Positions 57,429 to 64,000 of a DNA stretch of 64,000 nt are shown here, in pieces (the first letter of the stretch is position 1; every line of letters begins with the position of its first letter). The position numbers were made by a program, and so were the translations under genes. Source of the DNA: Deltaproteobacteria bacterium. Lineage in GTDB: Bacteria; Desulfobacterota; DSM-4660; Desulfatiglandales; B25-G16. The notes under the pieces were generated by a model. It searched no databases. It worked only from the letters and a program-made list of their open reading frames with translations, and had not been told where the DNA came from. The stretch spans positions 409,407-473,406 of the forward strand of contig CP070704.1 of NCBI GenBank assembly GCA_020349945.1, in the 5' to 3' direction.

Positions 57429-58193
57429 ATGAAGGGTTCAGCAACCATAATCTCCATCTGCTTGGCAGCTCTTGTGTTGTGGGGAGGGTGTTCGAGGGAA
57501 GAGCCACCTCCACCTCCGGCAGAAAAGATCAAGGTGGTGAAGCCCATCAAGATGCCTATCCCACAAAGACCCAAAACACCACTGCCGGAGGGCGATGAGA
57601 AGACACAAGGTGAGGCTCAAGAGGTCAAGACCACAGCCCTTGAACAAAGGCCCCTCGAGACAGTGGCCAGGGAACAAGAAACGGTGGTCGGGGAGGCAGC
57701 CGGATACTATACGGTCAAGAAGGGTGACAGCCTCTCTGATATAGCAGAAAGGCAGGATGTTTACGGAGACCCACTGAAATGGCCCCTGCTCTATCGCGAT
57801 AACATGGATGAACTTGGCAGTCTGCCACTGGCAGAGGCCCTTCCGGACAGCGAGCTTCCCGAGGGATTGAGGCTGAGGATTATCTCCCCTGATGAGGCAA
57901 GGCAAAATCTCAACTCCAGGCTCCACAAGGCCTGGGCAGTTAATGTCCTCTCTGCCACAACCACTGAAAAGATGACTCCCCTGGCCATCAGGCTCATGAA
58001 ACGTGGGTACCCGGTCTACATCACCCATGCCACAGTGAAGGGAAAGGACTGGGTGAGGCTCCGTGTTGGGTTTTTCAAGCACAGGACCGAGGCAGATACA
58101 CAGGCCAAGGAGATAATGAGCATGTTGCATCTGACTGGTTCCTGGGCCACCAAGGTGGAGAAGAAAGAACTGGAGGAATTTGGTGGGTATTGA
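57429..58193 (+). CDS. LysM + SPOR domain lipoprotein
   Basis: Lipobox LWGGC. YYTVKKGDSLSDIA (LysM). C-terminal WAVNVLS...GKDWVRLRVGFF (SPOR). Confidence 0.7.
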   Translation: MKGSATIISICLAALVLWGGCSREEPPPPPAEKIKVVKPIKMPIPQRPKTPLPEGDEKTQGEAQEVKTTALEQRPLETVAREQETVVGEAAGYYTVKKGDSLSDIAERQDVYGDPLKWPLLYRDNMDELGSLPLAEALPDSELPEGLRLRIISPDEARQNLNSRLHKAWAVNVLSATTTEKMTPLAIRLMKRGYPVYITHATVKGKDWVRLRVGFFKHRTEADTQAKEIMSMLHLTGSWATKVEKKELEEFGGY

Positions 58194-58279
58194 CAGTATG
58201 CAGGAGCATGCTTATAGAAAGGAGAGGTAGAGGACCTCAAGAGTAAGACGTTGTTGTTAAGGTAAAGGAAGAAACGATT

Positions 58280-59047
58280 ATGGAGACAACTAAAATAATG
58301 CCCTGTCTTGACATGAAAGAGGGTAGGGTGGTCAAGGGGATCCATTTTGTTGACCTGAAAGATGCTGGAGATCCAGTAGAACATGCGGCTCTGTATCAAA
58401 GAGAGGGGGCGGATGAGCTGGCAATGCTTGATATAGCTGCCACAGTGGAGAACCGAAAGACCCGGCTGGAATGGGTGAGAAACGTATCATCGGTTATTGA
58501 TATCCCTCTTACCGTGGGAGGAGGGATCTCTACTCTAAAGGATATAGATCTGGTCCTGGAAGCAGGAGCGGATAAGATCTCCATGAACAGTGCGGCGGTA
58601 AAAAATCCTGATCTGGTTAGGGATGCAGCTGAAAGATTCGGACCGGAAAGGATCACTGTTGCCATAGACGCGAGGAGTAACAAAGAGATACCATCTGGTT
58701 TTGAGTTGGTGATTTCAGGTGGTTGCAGACCAGTGGGTAAAGATGCTGTTGAATGGGCCAAGAGATGTCAGGAACTGGGTGCGGGCGCAATCCTTCCAAC
58801 CAGCATGGATGGAGATGGAACCATGACGGGCTATGACCTGAAATTCACAAAGGCCATTTCAGATGTGGTTGACCTACCGGTAGTAGCCTCGGGTGGTGCT
58901 GGTAGGCTAGAACATTTCTATGAAGGGGCAGTTCTTGGGGGAGCCCAGATCTTATTGGCTGCGTCTGTGTTCCACTACCACCTCCTAAGCATCAGGGAGG
59001 TGAAGGAGTATCTCAGGGAAAAGGGATTGCAGGTGAATTTAGAATAA
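58280..59047 (+). CDS. hisF: imidazole glycerol phosphate synthase cyclase subunit HisF
   Basis: IMPCLDMKEGRVVKG, LTVGGGI, VASGGAG. No other his genes are adjacent. Confidence 0.9.
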   Translation: METTKIMPCLDMKEGRVVKGIHFVDLKDAGDPVEHAALYQREGADELAMLDIAATVENRKTRLEWVRNVSSVIDIPLTVGGGISTLKDIDLVLEAGADKISMNSAAVKNPDLVRDAAERFGPERITVAIDARSNKEIPSGFELVISGGCRPVGKDAVEWAKRCQELGAGAILPTSMDGDGTMTGYDLKFTKAISDVVDLPVVASGGAGRLEHFYEGAVLGGAQILLAASVFHYHLLSIREVKEYLREKGLQVNLE

Positions 59048-59223
59048 TAGATAGAGCAATTCCTTGCGGTGATCATGATTCATCACCCTAAATTGGTAGG
59101 TCAAATTATAAGAGGTTGTAGTATATAATGGTCAAAAAAAGTTACACAACATCGGCTTCCCTGTTCCATCAGATATGCAGGGTGGAGGGGGAAGAAATAA
59201 GAGAAAGAGGAGGTGGCTTATAA

Positions 59224-60657
59224 ATGAAAGATCAGCACTTTCGAATAATCACAGGAATCCGTATGACTCTAGTCCTGGTTATTAGCCTTGTGTTAGCGTC
59301 GGGAGTGGCCGGGGACGCCTGGGCGCAAAGAGGTGTCCCTGATAGTTTCGCGGAGTTGGCAGCTAAAGAGGGCCACGTTGCGGTGAATATTAGCTCTACA
59401 AAGATAGTGAGGGAATTTGGGAGGTCTTTGCCGTTTCCGGGCAGAGAATTTAGGGATTTTTTTGGAGATGAGTTTTTCCGGCGTTTCTTTGGTGAGGTAC
59501 CTGAAAAAGAGATGAAACAGACAAGCCTTGGCTCAGGTGTGGTTGTCAGCGAGGACGGTTATATCTTGACCAATAACCATGTGGTAGCCGATGCAGAAGA
59601 GATCCTGGTCACATTTTATGACAAGGAAAAATACGATGCAGAGATGATTGGCCGAGACCCCAAGACCGATCTTGCCCTGATAAAGATTAAGGTTGATAAG
59701 CCAACCGAAGCAGCCAGGCTTGGGGATTCAGATAACCTGAGGGTAGGTGATTGGGTTGTGGCTATAGGAAACCCTTTTGGCCTAGGGAATACTTTGACTG
59801 CTGGGGTTGTAAGTGCAAAGGGACGGGTAATAGGTGCCGGGCCCTATGACAATTTTATCCAGACAGATGCCTCCATAAACCCTGGAAATTCAGGTGGACC
59901 CCTCTTCAATCTGGATGGAGAGGTCATAGGAATCAATACAGCAATCTTTACCCAAAGTGGGGGAAATATAGGTATAGGCTTTGCGATACCGATCAACATC
60001 GCCAAATCGGTTATGTCCCAGTTGAAAGAGACAGGGAGGGTTATCAGGGGGTGGCTCGGTGTGGTAATTCAATTAATTACACCTGAGATCAAGGAAAAAT
60101 TTGGTCTCAAGACAACAGAAGGCGCCCTCATAGGAGAGATAACCAAGGATAGTCCTGCTGAAAAGGGAGGCCTCGAAAGGGGAGATGTAATAATCAGCTT
60201 CGACGGGAAAAAGGTCGAGGAGATGAACAGCCTGCCACCTATGGTTGCGGAAACAGCGATAGGTAAAGAGGTGGAGATAGTTGTAATCAGGAAGGGAAAG
60301 GAACAGAGATTGACAGTCAAGATAGGTGAGTTAAAGGAGGAGGCCAGAATAGCTGCTACCAGCATTCCTGAGATTGAAGAAGCCTTCGGACTATCCGTGC
60401 AGGAATTAACCCCTGAACTTTCGGAGTCATTATCTTTGGAGGACGAGAAGGGGGTAGTGGTCTCAGGTGTACGCAGAGGTAGCCCGGCTTACGAGGCAGG
60501 ATTGCAAAGGGGTGATCTGGTTCAGGAGATAGAAAAAGAGCCAGTCGAAAACATGGATGATTATAAGAGGATAATGCGGGAATCAGCTGCAAGGCAGCAG
60601 ATTCTCATGGTTGTACGACATAAAGGGCATACAAGGTATGTGGTGCTGAAAAAATAG
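59224..60657 (+). CDS. periplasmic serine endoprotease DegP/HtrA (two PDZ domains)
   Basis: TNNHVV, DLALIK and GNSGGPL catalytic triad contexts. Two PDZ-like regions. Confidence 0.9.
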   Translation: MKDQHFRIITGIRMTLVLVISLVLASGVAGDAWAQRGVPDSFAELAAKEGHVAVNISSTKIVREFGRSLPFPGREFRDFFGDEFFRRFFGEVPEKEMKQTSLGSGVVVSEDGYILTNNHVVADAEEILVTFYDKEKYDAEMIGRDPKTDLALIKIKVDKPTEAARLGDSDNLRVGDWVVAIGNPFGLGNTLTAGVVSAKGRVIGAGPYDNFIQTDASINPGNSGGPLFNLDGEVIGINTAIFTQSGGNIGIGFAIPINIAKSVMSQLKETGRVIRGWLGVVIQLITPEIKEKFGLKTTEGALIGEITKDSPAEKGGLERGDVIISFDGKKVEEMNSLPPMVAETAIGKEVEIVVIRKGKEQRLTVKIGELKEEARIAATSIPEIEEAFGLSVQELTPELSESLSLEDEKGVVVSGVRRGSPAYEAGLQRGDLVQEIEKEPVENMDDYKRIMRESAARQQILMVVRHKGHTRYVVLKK

Positions 60658-60690
60658 AAGAAATAAGCGGCAAAAAGATTTAATGGGAAG

Positions 60691-60730
60691 GACTTTTCAC
60701 CACCTCTGATGGTGGTGAAAAGTCTATTTT
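60691..60730 (+). terminator. rho-independent terminator of the htrA-like gene
   Basis: GACTTTTCACCACC-TCTGAT-GGTGGTGAAAAGTC, then TATTTT. Confidence 0.85.
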
Positions 60731-60763
60731 AGTCCCGAAAGGCACCATGATCTTCTTTATATT

Positions 60764-61003
60764 TCAGTTGAACGAGCCACGTTGCCTTTGCTCAGTCCCT
60801 TTTTCCTCCTTATCTTGCCACCTTACATATCTCCTTATTCCTTCCTCATTAAACCCTACCGTAATAACACAGGACCCACCATAGATCCCCCCCAATATCT
60901 TTTCCTTACTGTTGACTATTGTGAATCGATACCTTGGATAAAATACAATGTAGTATTTACATTCATATACAGTATATGATAGCTTTCTAAACTCGTTGCC
61001 CAT
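60764..61003 (-). pseudogene. tnpA: IS200/IS605-family Y1 transposase TnpA, internally deleted
   Basis: FRKLSYTVYECKYYIVFYPRYRF (N-terminus) joins directly to ...VITVGFNEEGIRRYVRWQ (C-terminus). The HUH and catalytic-Tyr region is missing. Confidence 0.65.
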
Positions 61004-61208
61004 AATGTATCTCCCTGCCCTACCGTACCTTTCAGGGAGGTACATTATAATTAATTACTGTAGCGGCAGAACCTCTTTGCGATCCCACTACCAGAGCCAG
61101 TGGTTTAAGCCGATTAATTAAGTTTTGCCCTTGAGGTTAACAAATATAGGACTATGGAAAGGAGGTGAGTTTCTAATAGATTTAGCTACTAAACGAAAGG
61201 GGGTTACC

Positions 61209-62510
61209 ATGAAAAAGATTACCGTCCTTTTAATTATTGCCTTATTAGCTCTGCCAACCTTTTTACCAACAGTTGGGGCGGCGGAGAAAGAGGTCAAGGT
61301 AGGGGTCTTGTTTTCCATTACAGGACCTTTTGCCCCAGCAGGTGCCCTGGCAGGGTATCGTGGATCTTTGATTGCTATGGAGATGATCAATGACAAGGGT
61401 GGTGTCTTGGGCAAGTACAAGATAAGGCCTATCACCGCTGATGCCCAGAGTAATCCGGACATAGCTATACGTGAGGCAGAGAGGTTGATCTCGGTTGAAC
61501 ATGTCCCCATCGTTCTAGGTGATTACTCCAGTTCCATTGGAGTACCTCTGGCACCTATTTGCGAGAAAAATAAGACTATATTCTGGGTGATTATCGCTAT
61601 CTCTGATAAGATCGTTCAGGATAGACACCAGAAATATGTCTTTCGCGTTCAACCAATGGGCTCTCAATGGGGCAAGAGTTCTGTAGAGTTCTTAAATGAG
61701 AATTATGAAAAACTTGGGTACAAGAGCCCTGGGGAGATAAAAGTAGCTGTGATCCACGAAGATGGCCCTTATGGGGTCTCTGTGTCAAAGGGTAATCTGG
61801 AGCGGGTGGAGAGATACGGAATGAAGGTCGTCCTTAAGGAGGGATATGCCCACACTGCTAAAGATCTATCCTCTCTGATCTTAAAACTTAAGGCCAGCGA
61901 TCCAGATGTTATCCTTCACACAGGCTATTTCCCTGATATAGTTCTTTTCTTCAGGCAGGCAAGGGAATTAGGGCTAAGGACTAACGCGATCATAGGCCAT
62001 GGTGCCGGTTATGCGAATTTTCTCCTTCTTGAAAAGTCACTTGGTCGGCAGATAGTAAACTATACATATAACGTAGATCCAGCACCTGCACAGATCCTTG
62101 ATGTGAAAAAACTCGAACCAGGAATGGATAGATTAATCGCCGAGTTTTTGAGGAGATACAAGGAGAAACATGGCGAGGCAGATCCCCCTACTCATGCGAC
62201 TCAGGGCTTTGGCCACACATGGATCCTCATCAATGAGGTCTTGCCTAAGGCCATTGAGAAATATGGCGAGGTTACCGCAGATACGGTGAGGATGACAGCC
62301 AGGGAGCTTGATATTCCTGAAGGAGCAACCCCTTGTGGGTATGGGGTAAGATTTGCACCCCCAGGGCATGAATATGCTGGCCAAGACTTGCGTTCCTACC
62401 CTGTTGTTATGCAGTGGGTCAGTGGAAAGGTGGAGATTGTCTGGCCTGGGTCCTTAAAGACTATAGAGGCGAAACTTCCCCTACCCTCTGATTCCCCTTT
62501 TGCTAAATAG
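61209..62510 (+). CDS. ABC transporter substrate-binding protein (branched-chain amino acid/LivK-type)
   Basis: Start at 61209. Signal peptide. VKVGVLFSITGPFA type-1 periplasmic binding fold. Confidence 0.85.
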   Translation: MKKITVLLIIALLALPTFLPTVGAAEKEVKVGVLFSITGPFAPAGALAGYRGSLIAMEMINDKGGVLGKYKIRPITADAQSNPDIAIREAERLISVEHVPIVLGDYSSSIGVPLAPICEKNKTIFWVIIAISDKIVQDRHQKYVFRVQPMGSQWGKSSVEFLNENYEKLGYKSPGEIKVAVIHEDGPYGVSVSKGNLERVERYGMKVVLKEGYAHTAKDLSSLILKLKASDPDVILHTGYFPDIVLFFRQARELGLRTNAIIGHGAGYANFLLLEKSLGRQIVNYTYNVDPAPAQILDVKKLEPGMDRLIAEFLRRYKEKHGEADPPTHATQGFGHTWILINEVLPKAIEKYGEVTADTVRMTARELDIPEGATPCGYGVRFAPPGHEYAGQDLRSYPVVMQWVSGKVEIVWPGSLKTIEAKLPLPSDSPFAK

Positions 62511-62572
62511 ATACTTTCTTGAAAAGGTTGGGGCAGGCCTCTTTGCCCCCATCTTTGATCCAAGTCCTTATC

Positions 62573-63316
62573 ATGCTTAGCTTAGATGGCATAGGTAAAT
62601 TTTTTGGGGGATTAGCAGCCCTCAGTGATATTTCTCTAAAGGTAGAAGAAGGGGAGTTCTTGGGTCTGATTGGCCCTAATGGATCAGGGAAGACCACCCT
62701 CTTTAATGTCATATCAGGTGTGTTAAAACCGTCCTCAGGAAGGGTTAGTTTTATGGGAGCGGATATTACCGGCCTCTATCCAGACAAGATCTGTCATCTA
62801 GGTGTTGCAAGAACCTTCCAAATTCCCAGACCTCTCAAGGATTTGACTGTAGTTGAAAATGTAATGCTCGGGGCCCTGTTTGGAGATAGTGGGCGATCTA
62901 CCTATCATTCTGAGGAGACTGCAAAGAGAGATGCCATTAAATACATAGATTTTGTCGGACTTAAGGTAGGTGAGCTAACCATGCCAGATGAGTTGACCGC
63001 AGCAGGCTTGCGGAAACTGGAACTGGCCAGGGCATTAGCAACAAGTCCCACGCTTTTGTTAGCTGATGAGGTCATTAGCGGCTTAAACCAAGAAGAAATT
63101 TTGGAGGCATCTTCCGTATTAAACCGAATCAGAGACGAAATGGGGGTAACGATTATCTGGGTGGAGCATATAATGGGTGCCCTTATGAGTCTTGTAGAAC
63201 GAGTAGTAGTTTTGGATTACGGCAAGATAATCGCTGAGGGCAAACCTTCTGAGGTTTCAGGGGATAAAAGGGTGGTCGAGGCCTATTTAGGTGAAGAAGA
63301 ACAAGAGGTTTATTAG
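62573..63316 (+). CDS. livG: ABC transporter ATP-binding protein (LivG-type)
   Basis: GPNGSGKTT Walker A and LLLADEV Walker B. C-terminal VVEAYLG. Confidence 0.85.
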   Translation: MLSLDGIGKFFGGLAALSDISLKVEEGEFLGLIGPNGSGKTTLFNVISGVLKPSSGRVSFMGADITGLYPDKICHLGVARTFQIPRPLKDLTVVENVMLGALFGDSGRSTYHSEETAKRDAIKYIDFVGLKVGELTMPDELTAAGLRKLELARALATSPTLLLADEVISGLNQEEILEASSVLNRIRDEMGVTIIWVEHIMGALMSLVERVVVLDYGKIIAEGKPSEVSGDKRVVEAYLGEEEQEVY

Positions 63317-63322
63317 AAGGTT

Positions 63323-64000
63323 ATGTTGGAAATTGAGGGAATAAGCGCTGCTTATGGTGAGTTCCGGGTACTTCATGAAATTTCCCTTGGGGTGAGATCT
63401 GGTGAGACTGCTATTGCAGTGGGACCAAACGGAGCTGGTAAGACAACCCTCTTGAAGGTGATCTCTGGACTCTTAAGACCCTCATTGGGAAAGATATACT
63501 TTGATGGCCAAAGGATAGATGATCAAGAGACCCATGAGATTGTTAAATTGGGGATTTCTCTGGTTCCGGAGGGGGGACGACTCTTTCCGTATCTTACAGT
63601 CTTAGATAATCTGAAGATCGGGGCATTTTCAAAAAAGGCCAGAGAGGAATTTAGAAAGGCCTTAGATGAAATTTTCGGCCTTTTCCCCATTCTCAAAGAC
63701 CGAAAGAAACAGTTAGCTGGCTCTCTCAGCGGAGGGGAGAGGCAGATGCTCGCCATTGCCCGCAGTCTCATGTCCCGGCCCAAGCTAGTGATGTTAGATG
63801 AGCCCTCATCAGGATTAGCCCCTAAGATTATGGCCAGGGTCTTTGAATTCGTGAGAAGGATTAAATCCCAAGGCTACTCGATCTTGATGGTCGAACAAAA
63901 CGCAAGAAAGGCCCTTGAATTGGCAGATCACGCTTACCTGCTTGAGTCGGGAAGACTGCAATTCCATGGGGGGGCGGAAGATTTTGTTAAGAATCCTTAC
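63323..64000 (+). CDS. livF: ABC transporter ATP-binding protein (LivF-type), 3' end cut by window
   Basis: Not in ORF track. ATG at 63323, open to the window end. GPNGAGKTT, LSGGERQ, VMLDEPS. Confidence 0.85.
   Translation, partial: MLEIEGISAAYGEFRVLHEISLGVRSGETAIAVGPNGAGKTTLLKVISGLLRPSLGKIYFDGQRIDDQETHEIVKLGISLVPEGGRLFPYLTVLDNLKIGAFSKKAREEFRKALDEIFGLFPILKDRKKQLAGSLSGGERQMLAIARSLMSRPKLVMLDEPSSGLAPKIMARVFEFVRRIKSQGYSILMVEQNARKALELADHAYLLESGRLQFHGGAEDFVKNPY

Noticed and set aside
61209-64000. The ABC operon order SBP-LivG-LivF without LivH/LivM permeases, as a sign of a degenerate transporter next to the IS remnant.
   Set aside because: The window ends inside livF and the permease genes may simply follow downstream. 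This cannot be evaluated here.

Overview
This is a 64-kb bacterial chromosomal segment. Its gene content points to an anaerobe: rubrerythrin, iron-sulfur flavoprotein, an aldehyde:ferredoxin oxidoreductase fragment, a Fe-S aldo/keto reductase, and a periplasmic thioredoxin/peroxiredoxin/cytochrome-c-peroxidase/Bcp cluster. I cannot assign a lineage from sequence alone. There are no rRNA or tRNA genes, no CRISPR array, and no integrase, reverse transcriptase or recognisable defence operon.

The window has two parts.

1. About 2.5-34 kb is a mostly plus-strand run of short, functionally unrelated accessory-type genes. They include GNATs, an ADP-ribosylglycohydrolase, a metallophosphoesterase, PAS, HEAT, DUF59, a haloalkane dehalogenase and many small secreted or membrane proteins. 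The intergenic regions here are built from a mosaic of repeat modules:
- M1: 12 co-oriented copies of a G-run/hairpin/TTGACAAAT motif, mostly just after stop codons, with A-T / G.T / G-C covariation in the stem.
- A small secreted-protein ORF that is intact once and decayed elsewhere.
- M3: a second hairpin module sitting just 5' of start codons.
- Two further families, R2 and R3.

2. About 36-64 kb is ordinary housekeeping or metabolic DNA: an IlvD/Edd dehydratase, GalT, FBPase, an FGGY kinase, HisF, HtrA and Liv-type ABC components. It has near-consensus sigma70 promoters and I saw none of these repeats there by eye.

Additions beyond the ORF track are a 32-aa ribosomal protein bTHX gene, two window-edge partial CDSs, a methyltransferase fragment and an internally deleted IS200-family tnpA.

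The most unusual signal is the co-oriented, structure-conserving repeat system in the cassette-like first half. Its mechanism is unresolved; candidates are a REP/PATE-like element, an integron-like site, or a 3'UTR RNA element.
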